From: a virus
Taxonomy: Duplodnaviria > Caudoviricetes
DNA length: 31,761 nt
Virus record (IMG/VR): IMGVR_UViG_3300033481_000007
Span: 1-31,761 of that record
Direction: 5' to 3' (one strand)
Part shown: positions 1 through 9,039 of the stretch, piece by piece
How positions within the stretch are numbered: the stretch's first letter is position 1
Layout of the letters: the number at the start of each line of letters is the position of its first letter
The notes under the pieces: generated by a model
What the model saw: the letters and a program-made list of their open reading frames with translations, nothing else
Told to the model about the DNA's origin: nothing
Databases searched by the model: none
Position numbers and translations under genes: made by a program

Positions 1-153
1 CTAGCGGAGACGTTGCCTGCTATTCCAGTGGCATCAATCGTGGGGGTCAGTCGCCTGACCTTGTCGCGGTTCAAATCGGACAGGATTGAGCTGGTTCATC
101 GTTACGGGAGGGCAGCTAGGATAGTCGTCCCAGTCGTGGAGGTCCAACAGTGA
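1..153 (+). CDS. C-terminal fragment of upstream tail/virion structural protein (partial)
   Basis: Frame 1 is open from the window start to TGA at 151-153 (...LSRFKSDRIELVHRYGRAARIVVPVVEVQQ*); GTGA overlap with the next gene's start. Confidence 0.6.
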   Translation, partial: LAETLPAIPVASIVGVSRLTLSRFKSDRIELVHRYGRAARIVVPVVEVQQ

Positions 154-980
154 GCTACCTTGACTATGAAGAGTCAGCACAGGACGGGACCCCCGTCCTG
201 CTCTATGAGTTCATACAGGGAGCTACTACCTGGCGGTTCTGCTCAATCTCTGAAGACATCTCCCGGTCTGGTTCGCTGTGGAGCCCATTGGCCATCCTCC
301 CAGGGAAATTTGTAGCCTCGCAGGATGATCCACGAGCGGCAATCACGATAAAGATCCCGCGAACCTGCGCCTTGGCTATGTCGTTTCTTGGAGTCGTTAC
401 GGATTCAGAGACGACCGTGACCATCTTTCGGACGCACTATTCGGATCCGGATCAAGAGGTTGTGACCTACTGGTCAGGGGTAGTCGCCGCTACCCCCGTC
501 GACGGGAATGTGATGGAGCTTAGTTGTGAGTCGCTCCTGTCGACGATACACCAGCAAGGGCTGCAGATTCCCTACTCTAGAACCTGCCCATACGGTTTTG
601 GAACTGTAGGACGTTGCAATGTGGACACAGAGGCGCTGGAGGTCGAGGCTCTAGCTACCGCCTGCGCGGGATCTGCCGTCACCGTTCCGGACGCCGCCGA
701 GATGGACGACCTTACTTGGGGAACGCTTCGAGCTCCCGACGGGAGCGAGCGTATGATTCTGACTCATTCTGGTGCGACGCTGACCCTTATGTGGCCCATT
801 CGGACCTTACCATCTGCCATAGCTGGGACTCCGGGAGGGGCACCAGTCATTCTTACGCCGGGGTGCGACCACTCCTTCACAATGTGCCGAGATCGCTACA
901 ACAACGCCGGATGCTACGGAGGGGAGATGGGAATCCCTGCGCAGAATCCAATGGCTGCAATCCTTCCTATTTTGGAGTGA
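150..980 (+). CDS. Tail hub/baseplate protein, DUF2163 + phage BR0599-type C-terminal Cys domain
   Basis: N-terminal E-S...G.PV.LYEF; Cys pattern SRTCPY...C and PGCDHSFTMCRDRYNN...YGG..GIP..NP, typical of this Fe-S-binding tail-tip family; tail module context. Confidence 0.85.
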   Translation: MSYLDYEESAQDGTPVLLYEFIQGATTWRFCSISEDISRSGSLWSPLAILPGKFVASQDDPRAAITIKIPRTCALAMSFLGVVTDSETTVTIFRTHYSDPDQEVVTYWSGVVAATPVDGNVMELSCESLLSTIHQQGLQIPYSRTCPYGFGTVGRCNVDTEALEVEALATACAGSAVTVPDAAEMDDLTWGTLRAPDGSERMILTHSGATLTLMWPIRTLPSAIAGTPGGAPVILTPGCDHSFTMCRDRYNNAGCYGGEMGIPAQNPMAAILPILE

Positions 981-983
981 CTA

Positions 984-3900
984 ATGAACTGGGTACTACT
1001 CGGACTTGTCGCCGCAACCCTAATCTACCAGTACTACGCCTCCAACAGGAAGAGGTTCACCCCCCAGGAGTGGGGAGAGGACGTTCCTCAAGCAAACGAG
1101 GGAATAGCGGTTCCTGTGCTATTCGGTGAGCGCCAGATTGACAATCCGAACATCATCTATTTTGGCAACACCAAGAGGATCGAAGACAAGAATTTCTCTG
1201 GAAATCCTCAGAAATACTACGCTTCCATAGCCTTCGGATTGTGCCATGGGTACGTAGACTCAATTAAGGCATTGTTAGTCGGCGACAAGGTGATATGGGA
1301 TGCGCAGGTCAGCGGGGGCGAATCTAAGACCGCTTCCGTGACTCACTTCTTTACGGGCGGAAACGCAGATGGGGTCATCGCTACGTTCCTTGTCAAATTC
1401 GGGAGAGCGCGAACGACTCCCGACGATGGATCAGCTGCTCATCCTTTGACCGGATTGATGAAGCTGGGATCCAAGGGACCACAGTATCACGGACTGTGCC
1501 ATGTGGTCTTTGAGAACGCGTACCTCGGCAACGCCCCGCAGCTTCGTCCAATGGGCTTTCGCGCCTCGCGAATAATGACTCGAAATGGTGGGTTGTCTGA
1601 GCAGTGGTACCCCTCGAAAGCTCGGATAGTCATGGGGCGTAACAGAACCGACACATGGAAGTATCGTCTCCAGAGCGTTGTGGACGCCACTGATTTCTCC
1701 GGAGTGTCGTTTGACGATTCAGAGTGGGATACTGGTCCTGGAGGGTTCGGTAATGCTCCTATAAACAGCGGCGGTGCTGGGAACGAGGTATCTGATACCG
1801 GAATCATCGGAACAACATATCGGACTCCTCGTGTAGGGACGTGCGTGAATGGGGGGACAGGGTGCAGCGGAACCTGGCCTAATCTCCTCGTTGCATCCGG
1901 GACTAAACTGTGGGTTCGATATGACCTCGGTTCGCTTCCAACGCAGGATATGGGGGTTAGGCTGTGGCACGATGATGAGGCTCGGTTATGGTTCAACGGG
2001 ACAGAGCTTGACTGCTCCCGAATCGAGTCAGACAAAGACCCTGAATTCTGGCGCTTCAACTCTCGGGCCACCATCCCCGCCGCGCTAATTAACTCCGACG
2101 GACCCAACGTGATTGCCTATCGAGTCCAAGATACGGGTGGAGGCGAGATGAAACGCATCTATGCCGGGATTCAAGTCGGACCGAATGTCGACGACCCATG
2201 CGCTGTGGTCACCATGAACGGAGCGCATATCATATACGAGGCCCTTACTGATACCAGCGGATTCGGGCGTCGACTGCCTGAGGCTAAGCTAGACGATGGA
2301 GCCTTCCGCGCTGCCGCGGATACGCTGTATAACGAGCACCTGGGGTTGTCTTTTCTTTGGAGCAAGCAAGGAAGCGTTCGCGAGCTCATAGATGAGGTTC
2401 TTCGACATATCAGCGGAGTACTCTATGAAGATCCGTTTACAGGGAAGATTGTTCTCAAGCTGATTAGGAACGACTATGTGGAAGGAAATCTCACTGTTCT
2501 CGGAGAAGACGATGTCCGCACAGTGACAGATGCCTCTCGGCGCCTAATTAGCGAGCTAATCAACACCGTGACCGTGACCTACTCAAAGGCTCCCGAGGGA
2601 AAGGCCAATTCGGGATCCACAACGGTTCAGGAGACAGGACTTCTCCGGACAAGGGGGGCGGTCAATCTCGACAAGAGAGAATATCCCTGGGTGGCAGACC
2701 ATATCACCGCCACCAAGTTGGCGATGCGGGATCTCCGCGTACTGTGCACCCCTACGTGGTCCATGCGAATCCACGCCAACAGGAAAGCGGCGAAGCTCCA
2801 TCCCGGGCAGGCGTTCAAGCTCGTATGGTCTCCCTTGGACATCAACTCGGTCTTCAGGGTCAATCAACTGGATCGAGGAGACGGGGTAAATGGGGAAGTG
2901 GTCCTGTCTGTAACAGAAGACGCTTTCCACACTCCGAGCAGGGTTGTTGCCGTTCCCGCGGCAGTCGGATTCCCGCCAATAGAGCTCGGACCTCTTCCGG
3001 GGTCGACTTCAGCGACCAAATACTACCTGAAACGGACCTACGACCCAAACAACTTTGGCCAGGCTGTCTGTGTGTACACCGGATATGAGGGATGTGGGGA
3101 GTGGTTCATGTTTGCCGGATTTGAGGAGCTAGAAGATGGCCAGGTCCTACAAGCAACGTCGCTAGGCCCACTGACCTCGAACGCCTTCGACGGAGTTGAC
3201 CTAGACATGACAGGGCACTACACGTCCTCAATGATTGGGAGGACCATCTTTGCTTGGGCTCCGGAATTGACAAACAACCGGGCCAAATACTGTGGTTGGT
3301 GGATCATAGAAGATCTCGGTGGTCACTATGAGGAGGATCAGGAGCAGGAGGGAGTGTGGGTATGGGTCAACACTTACGCCCGGTTCCGAAGACATCCCGG
3401 GTTCGCGGAGAGTGGTGCTTTCAAACAAGGGATGACGGTCCAACTCCAGACTGGGAATCAGTGGGGCACTGGATTTCTAACTCTGGAGAGTCCTGCCGTC
3501 GTCTTAAACGAGACTGAGCAGGACTGGTCTTATAGCGCCGAACATACTTGGAACACTGCGCGCGTTGCTGTAGACCAGGATCAGCTGACCACAGAGCCTA
3601 TTTCTTTGGAGACTATCGAGGAGTCTAGGTATGCTACGGGTGCTGACTTCGAAGCCTTCCCGATGCTAGATGGAAGTCCCGCGGTCAAGACTATCCCAGC
3701 CGGACCGTGGATCTTTGAGTTTGAGGGGGTCAAGGTCACAGGGCTATTAGCGGGGTACTCTGCCCAATTGGGGATGAAGGTGTGGCGTTCGACCGGATTG
3801 CTGTTTGAGTCTGTGGGACCTAACTTAACCTCTACTGAGTTTGAGGCGAAGTCGTGGAAGGCTGACATGCCTCGATATCTCATCTCAGAGGATGAAGAGG

Positions 3901-4391
3901 TGATATTCATTCCGACGCTTCACTCAGACTCACCTACTCCCATCACGATCACATTCTTTCACGGACCGAACAATGGGACCGCGGTAACTGTCCCGTTTGA
4001 GCCCGTAAAGACCGCTCTCCGAGCTCATCATATGCAAGCATCCAGAACCGGGATGGCCAGTGGGGTCATAATCATTCCCGAAGGAGCCGAGACTGCTGAA
4101 GTGGACCTTTCTGCTGGAGACGAGATAAAGGGAATCATTCTTCAGGGAGCTAAAGACGGATTCGTCCTGTGGCTGACTATCAATGGTGGGACTAACGAGA
4201 ATCCCATAAAGCTCAAACATCAGAGCGCTGGACTTCCAGTTGAGGCGGCCAGTCTGTGGTTGGCGAGCACCGACAATGCAGGAAATGAATACGGTGATCT
4301 CGAGATCTACTGCGACCGGACCCGACTGGGTGTACAGTACCGAAAGGCTGACAATTCCTTCAGCCTACTTCCTGGAGGATCCATAGGATGA
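984..4391 (+). CDS. Tail tip / host-specificity protein (central fibre-like, 1135 aa) with inserted sugar-binding-like domain
   Basis: EG.AVPVLFG, FGLCHG..D, NGAHIIYEALTD, F.AAADTLYNE.LGLSF.W, LY.DP.TGK.VLKLIR.DY motifs of the YuA/GTA-like tail protein family. Confidence 0.85.
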   Translation: MNWVLLGLVAATLIYQYYASNRKRFTPQEWGEDVPQANEGIAVPVLFGERQIDNPNIIYFGNTKRIEDKNFSGNPQKYYASIAFGLCHGYVDSIKALLVGDKVIWDAQVSGGESKTASVTHFFTGGNADGVIATFLVKFGRARTTPDDGSAAHPLTGLMKLGSKGPQYHGLCHVVFENAYLGNAPQLRPMGFRASRIMTRNGGLSEQWYPSKARIVMGRNRTDTWKYRLQSVVDATDFSGVSFDDSEWDTGPGGFGNAPINSGGAGNEVSDTGIIGTTYRTPRVGTCVNGGTGCSGTWPNLLVASGTKLWVRYDLGSLPTQDMGVRLWHDDEARLWFNGTELDCSRIESDKDPEFWRFNSRATIPAALINSDGPNVIAYRVQDTGGGEMKRIYAGIQVGPNVDDPCAVVTMNGAHIIYEALTDTSGFGRRLPEAKLDDGAFRAAADTLYNEHLGLSFLWSKQGSVRELIDEVLRHISGVLYEDPFTGKIVLKLIRNDYVEGNLTVLGEDDVRTVTDASRRLISELINTVTVTYSKAPEGKANSGSTTVQETGLLRTRGAVNLDKREYPWVADHITATKLAMRDLRVLCTPTWSMRIHANRKAAKLHPGQAFKLVWSPLDINSVFRVNQLDRGDGVNGEVVLSVTEDAFHTPSRVVAVPAAVGFPPIELGPLPGSTSATKYYLKRTYDPNNFGQAVCVYTGYEGCGEWFMFAGFEELEDGQVLQATSLGPLTSNAFDGVDLDMTGHYTSSMIGRTIFAWAPELTNNRAKYCGWWIIEDLGGHYEEDQEQEGVWVWVNTYARFRRHPGFAESGAFKQGMTVQLQTGNQWGTGFLTLESPAVVLNETEQDWSYSAEHTWNTARVAVDQDQLTTEPISLETIEESRYATGADFEAFPMLDGSPAVKTIPAGPWIFEFEGVKVTGLLAGYSAQLGMKVWRSTGLLFESVGPNLTSTEFEAKSWKADMPRYLISEDEEVIFIPTLHSDSPTPITITFFHGPNNGTAVTVPFEPVKTALRAHHMQASRTGMASGVIIIPEGAETAEVDLSAGDEIKGIILQGAKDGFVLWLTINGGTNENPIKLKHQSAGLPVEAASLWLASTDNAGNEYGDLEIYCDRTRLGVQYRKADNSFSLLPGGSIG

Positions 4392-6439
4392 GAATCAGCA
4401 ACCGAGTAGTCGCCGTCGTCACTGGAGTTTTGTGCTTCCTTATCTTCGGAGCAATGTTCGCGGGAGATGTAGCTGCGCTCTGCGGATACGCGGAGGTGAC
4501 GTGCACCTTCCCCAAGAAGTTGCGCCCCGACCTGCACCCTGACCACGTTGTGGTCATCAATGACGGGACCTCGAATGTGGCGACATTCACCTTGACGGGA
4601 AACGGGACGGTCACCATGACCCTCACCGCGACGGGCGGAACTTCTACATGGACTCATACTCACGCTGTTACTGACATCGTCGGAGCAGCTCCGTCGACGC
4701 ACACTCATACCCTGACTGAGATCGGAGGAGGCGGGAAGGTGGCAGTAGCGGAAGGGGACGGGATCAACTGGCTTAACCAGAAGATTACAGGGGGAGACGG
4801 TCTGTATGTCTCGACTGCGGGATCTCCTCCCAATCAGTCAGTCAAGGTCAGCATGCAGTCTCCTGCTCTCCAACCGGTGGAGTATGTGTTTGCTCCCGGG
4901 CTCCAAATGATGCTGGGAACTTTCGACTATCTAGGAAATGGAATATATGAGCGGAACGTGGTTGGAGCTGTGACCGGAACCACGTATGTAGAGGCGGGGA
5001 TCACAGTTCAGGTCTACGACCGAATAGGGGTTTTGGCTGCTGAGAATGAAAACTACGCGAGCTCCGGAAGACCTCAGAACGGGATTTATACTGTTCTGGA
5101 ACCTGGGGACGCTACACACAAGTTCCAAATGCAGAGAGCTGGAGACTTGGACGAGATTGCAGAGTTCAAGGAAGGATCTTCTTTCTACGTGACAAGAGGA
5201 GACCTATACGGTGGGATGCGAGTTCAGTTTCGCTATACCGGAGCGGCTACCTTAGAGACAGACGACCTTCACTTTCTGTACTATCCAACGTATGTCACCA
5301 ATGCCGATGTCATCATGATCCCGGACAGCGAGGACAACCTATTCAGTGACTCGGCTCCAGGATTTTGCCCTCAATATGCTCACACCATGGGACAGACGAA
5401 GGTCTTGACAGAGGAGGGATGGGCGCGTATCGGCGCATATCATATGGACTTTTCTACGGGTGAACAGTCGGATGCTATGCCAACAACCGGCCATCCCGGA
5501 CTAGTGAAAACTCTTCCTGATCCACCTACAGGATCGCTATATGCTGACAACGGCGACTGGGCTGATCCTACACTCAGTGTAGCGTCGGGGCATGGATACT
5601 GGGAGTATACGACCGTTACAGGGACCGGTACGTCAACCACAACTGCTACGGCGACTGCCACGTCAGTTAGAGTAGGCCTAGCTCCAATACTCCATCTGTC
5701 AACTGGCTCTCTATCAATAGTGGCGTCAAGGGTTGCACTGGATAACCACGACGAGGCGGTGTTCTATTTCGACGAAGCTGCTGGATCTACAACGTGGGTC
5801 AATTCTGGGGATAGTGCTGGAGACCTGACAACGTACTCGACTAGTGCTCAGTGTGTAGCTAAGACAGCAGGTCTACGGGCTAGCACGGGGGTCTATTCTA
5901 ATACATCTTGCCAAATCAGGAGCGCTACGAGCAAGTGGGAGTACCAGGCCTTCACAGTGCACTTTTGGCTGATGTTGCTCGGTCCTACCAGTGGCAACAC
6001 TTACTTCGTGTTCAAGAACTACAATACCGGCAACACGTACAGTGACCCATACTACTCTTTCACGGTAGCCGCTACAGGTGCTCACATTCTCAAGAGTACC
6101 GGACCTTCCACCTATGTATCCACTAACCAGCCTGCACTTCCTGCTCTCGGTATGATCCCTATTGGAGAATGGGTGCACATAGCGGTGTCTTGGGATGGCG
6201 TAGCCTTGATTTACTATATCAACGCCATTGAAGTCGCCCGGAGCTCAGACCAAAGTGAGTTCTCAATACCGTATGGATCACATGGAGAGTGGTCGATAGG
6301 GATGAGACCCTCAGGTACTTCTAATACCGCGTTTGTAATGCAAGACTTACGTATCGCGGATGTCGCTAGGTCCTCTACGTACCTACAAGACTTAGTTAGA
6401 CGAGGTCACACCATCCAACCGAACAATGTCGTATTCTAA
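4388..6439 (+). CDS. Tail fibre / receptor-binding protein with C-terminal LamG (concanavalin A-like) domain
   Basis: HTH repeats (THTHAVTDI, THTHTLTEI), QNGIY...RA.D module, C-terminal YFDE..G, FTV.FW, GEWVHIAVSWDG...YYINA, DLRI..VARS; ATGA overlap with the preceding gene. Confidence 0.75.
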   Translation: MRISNRVVAVVTGVLCFLIFGAMFAGDVAALCGYAEVTCTFPKKLRPDLHPDHVVVINDGTSNVATFTLTGNGTVTMTLTATGGTSTWTHTHAVTDIVGAAPSTHTHTLTEIGGGGKVAVAEGDGINWLNQKITGGDGLYVSTAGSPPNQSVKVSMQSPALQPVEYVFAPGLQMMLGTFDYLGNGIYERNVVGAVTGTTYVEAGITVQVYDRIGVLAAENENYASSGRPQNGIYTVLEPGDATHKFQMQRAGDLDEIAEFKEGSSFYVTRGDLYGGMRVQFRYTGAATLETDDLHFLYYPTYVTNADVIMIPDSEDNLFSDSAPGFCPQYAHTMGQTKVLTEEGWARIGAYHMDFSTGEQSDAMPTTGHPGLVKTLPDPPTGSLYADNGDWADPTLSVASGHGYWEYTTVTGTGTSTTTATATATSVRVGLAPILHLSTGSLSIVASRVALDNHDEAVFYFDEAAGSTTWVNSGDSAGDLTTYSTSAQCVAKTAGLRASTGVYSNTSCQIRSATSKWEYQAFTVHFWLMLLGPTSGNTYFVFKNYNTGNTYSDPYYSFTVAATGAHILKSTGPSTYVSTNQPALPALGMIPIGEWVHIAVSWDGVALIYYINAIEVARSSDQSEFSIPYGSHGEWSIGMRPSGTSNTAFVMQDLRIADVARSSTYLQDLVRRGHTIQPNNVVF

Positions 6440-6517
6440 GCATGCGCCACGTAGCTCATACCGGGAAGCTACGGAGGGCATAGTTCAACCGGTGCACTGA
6501 ACAAAGGAGACAATCTC

Positions 6518-6784
6518 ATGCCAGCAAATCCAGCAACGGGACCAGCGCTCACAGCGCACAGTCAAGCCATCACCCGCGTCGTTTCAGCTACCGACGCGTA
6601 CAACGCATCTCGCACGGCTCTGGCAGCGGCGCAAACCGCGTATGACGCTGCCGCTGTGGAAATGGAGGCAGCGTATCAGAACCTCGCGGACAAGGGAACA
6701 GCGGTGTTGGGGACCGTCGTTCTGGGCACGGGTTTCATCCCGGCCATTGACCGCATCGTCCTGATGCCGCCCCTGGTGTCGTAG
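6518..6784 (+). CDS. Hypothetical Ala-rich helical protein (88 aa)
   Basis: Strong SD (AAAGGAGA) upstream of ATG; coiled-coil-like composition. Confidence 0.7.
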   Translation: MPANPATGPALTAHSQAITRVVSATDAYNASRTALAAAQTAYDAAAVEMEAAYQNLADKGTAVLGTVVLGTGFIPAIDRIVLMPPLVS

Positions 6785-6792
6785 CAATACCT

Positions 6793-6828
6793 TTGTGCTC
6801 GCAGCGGAGGTGTTCGCTGCGAGCACAA
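6793..6828. terminator. 14-bp perfect hairpin (TTGTGCTCGCAGCG/CGCTGCGAGCACAA); terminator or RNA processing site
   Basis: Perfect inverted repeat just after the stop at 6784; no clear U-tract. Confidence 0.55.
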
Positions 6829-6845
6829 CTTACTTGGAGGTTTGC

Positions 6846-7019
6846 ATGCCTGACTGGAAAACGCTCTCGATGCTCGCTATGGCCCTAGTTGCGGGAGTCG
6901 TCGGCTCCCTTCTTCCGGATGCACAGAGGATCTGTGACCTAGTCGCGGGAGGATGTGTGATGTCGGTCTTCCCTGCCGTAAAGACATGGGGAAAAGGCGA
7001 GGCTACGCCGCCTCAGTAA
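6846..7019 (+). CDS. Small membrane protein, holin-like (57 aa)
   Basis: GGAGG SD before ATG 6846 (preferred over GTG 6795); two hydrophobic segments; tail-to-tail overlap with the polymerase gene. Confidence 0.5.
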   Translation: MPDWKTLSMLAMALVAGVVGSLLPDAQRICDLVAGGCVMSVFPAVKTWGKGEATPPQ

Positions 7020-9039
7020 ATGCCGTAGCATTGCCCCAATCATCGCCCCGGTCACATTCGGCTATGACGGGAATTCTCAGCGGAATCGCCGTTTCCATGA
7101 CGTGTTTCATCTCCCGAAAGGCCTCATTGCAGGTCCCTGGGTCGCTGAAGTCGAGCTCATCATGGACAGTAAGTCTAGGGACTCCCGTCGCGGCGAAGAT
7201 CCCAGCCTTGTAGCATTTCCACATGGCGACCTTCAGCAGGTCGGCAGCTGATCCCTGTAGCCTGCGATTGAGGGCGCGATAGGTCTTGGCGCGCTTGATT
7301 CTGCCATAGTGTCGGATCGCCTGCTCATAGGGGAGAGGGGTTGACGGAGTTCCGTAATCAGCGGACTCCCACAGGTCAAATCTACTTCGGCGACCGAGAA
7401 CTGTGGTTATGAAGCCGAGGAGCTCCGCCTCCCGCATGGTCGCTTTCATGGTAGGCTTAGCGAATGGAACTCCCTTGTGGTAGGCAGCGAATAGCTTTCG
7501 GGCTTCTGCCAGGTTCATGAACAGAACCTCCGCTGTATGCTCCTCGCCTTGCCCGAATATCAATCCGAAGTTCAGGTTCTTTATTGGACGGCGCCACTTC
7601 TTGTGCCCCTCAGGAGTTGAGATGTCCCATCCAGCCTGAGGAGCGACCATCTCTAGCGCCCACTCGTGATAGTCAGTGCTCGGATCGCTTATGTAGCGAT
7701 AGCGGGCTTCGTCTGAGCCCGGGCCGACTGCGAAGTGGACCAACATCCGGTACTCAATCTGGCTATAGTCGTATTTGCGCCAGTAGGGATGACCTGAATC
7801 TGGAATGAATAGCGACCTGATTAGGGGTCCCCAGATGTCGTCCCTAATTGGGATGTTTTGGAGATTCGGGTCACTAGAACTAAGGCGTCCGCTCCTTGTC
7901 CCATTGTCGTCGGCTCGCAAAGGGTGAAAAGAACAGTGGACCTTCCCGTTGACGTGAGAGTTTAGGATGTAAGACTCAAGGAAGGTGATCCTGAGCTTGT
8001 CGAGCTTTCGGATCTCGTTGATTACTGCCGCCGCGGGGTGCTTCTGAACCTTTAGGAAGTCCTTAGTGAAGCTAGGACGACCCTTCGGGAAATTCTTGGA
8101 AGGGGCCGTCATGCCGTAGGACAGTCCCAGCTTGTCGAACATTCGGGCCAAACTGTCGCTGGAGTTGACGTCGACGTCGAATCCGACCATGTGGCGGAGC
8201 TTAGCTTTCTGCTCCAATGCCTCGCGGATTAGTTGCTGCTGAAGTTGCTCGGCCCGAGCAACGTTGACAGATACTCCGGCAAACCGCATGTCGACGAGCA
8301 GCGGGATGAGCTCGCACTCTACGCGAAACAGATCCACGAGCCCCTGACTAGCGAGGAGAGGGTACTGTTTCTTGACCACGCGCATAGGGAGATCCACGTC
8401 TCCTTCCGCGTAGGGGCCCACCAGTCTAGGCGGAGCGCGGTATATGTTCATGCGCTGGTCCTTCTCGCTCCCGCCATAGTAGCGATGGCACCAGTCATAG
8501 AGGAGGTTCTTTGCCTTACCTATACCGAGGTACTTGAGCCCCAGCTCGTCTAGGTTGACCTCTGACTGCTCGTCTAACAGCGCCTCGGCGAATTGGACAT
8601 CTACCAGCTCGCCCTGCACATACACGCCCTCAGCCCTAAGTGTTCCGACGTCGTATATCAGGTTAGCCCCGGTCTTCGGCTGATAGGGGCGGGTCAGGTT
8701 GTCGCGGGCCCAGGCTAGCACGTGGTCAGGGTCTAGATTGTACTCTGGCTCGACTTCGTGTCGCATGGGGAAGTACCATCGCGCCCCGTCGTCTGTCCCT
8801 ACGGCAATTCCACAGATGCTAGACTTCCCTCGTGCCCACCCCGGACCGAAGTCATTGAGCTCAGTATCTTTGACCTCGACGTCAATCGACAGAACCTTGG
8901 CCGCTGCTAGATTGGGGAAGTAGGTAGGAGGGCGCCACCCCGTCTCAGGGATTGGCGGCATGACTCTGGCGACGTTACGCCGTCCGCTGGCGACGGCGAC
9001 ATCCTGCCAGAACATTCCTATGGAATCGAATCGGCTCAA
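7003..9039 (-). CDS. polA: Family A DNA polymerase (3'-5' exonuclease + polymerase, no 5' nuclease domain)
   Basis: Exo I SIDVE; RSGRLSSSDPNLQNIP; motif A DYSQIEYR; motif B KNLNFGLIFG; QGSAAD; motif C TVHDEL. Confidence 0.97.
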   Translation of the reverse strand: MSRFDSIGMFWQDVAVASGRRNVARVMPPIPETGWRPPTYFPNLAAAKVLSIDVEVKDTELNDFGPGWARGKSSICGIAVGTDDGARWYFPMRHEVEPEYNLDPDHVLAWARDNLTRPYQPKTGANLIYDVGTLRAEGVYVQGELVDVQFAEALLDEQSEVNLDELGLKYLGIGKAKNLLYDWCHRYYGGSEKDQRMNIYRAPPRLVGPYAEGDVDLPMRVVKKQYPLLASQGLVDLFRVECELIPLLVDMRFAGVSVNVARAEQLQQQLIREALEQKAKLRHMVGFDVDVNSSDSLARMFDKLGLSYGMTAPSKNFPKGRPSFTKDFLKVQKHPAAAVINEIRKLDKLRITFLESYILNSHVNGKVHCSFHPLRADDNGTRSGRLSSSDPNLQNIPIRDDIWGPLIRSLFIPDSGHPYWRKYDYSQIEYRMLVHFAVGPGSDEARYRYISDPSTDYHEWALEMVAPQAGWDISTPEGHKKWRRPIKNLNFGLIFGQGEEHTAEVLFMNLAEARKLFAAYHKGVPFAKPTMKATMREAELLGFITTVLGRRSRFDLWESADYGTPSTPLPYEQAIRHYGRIKRAKTYRALNRRLQGSAADLLKVAMWKCYKAGIFAATGVPRLTVHDELDFSDPGTCNEAFREMKHVMETAIPLRIPVIAECDRGDDWGNATAFTEAA

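Noticed and set aside
6440-6500. tRNA 5'-half-like words (GTAGCTCA..., ATAGTTCAACCGGT)
   Set aside because: No T arm or acceptor partner; only a weak 6-bp hairpin
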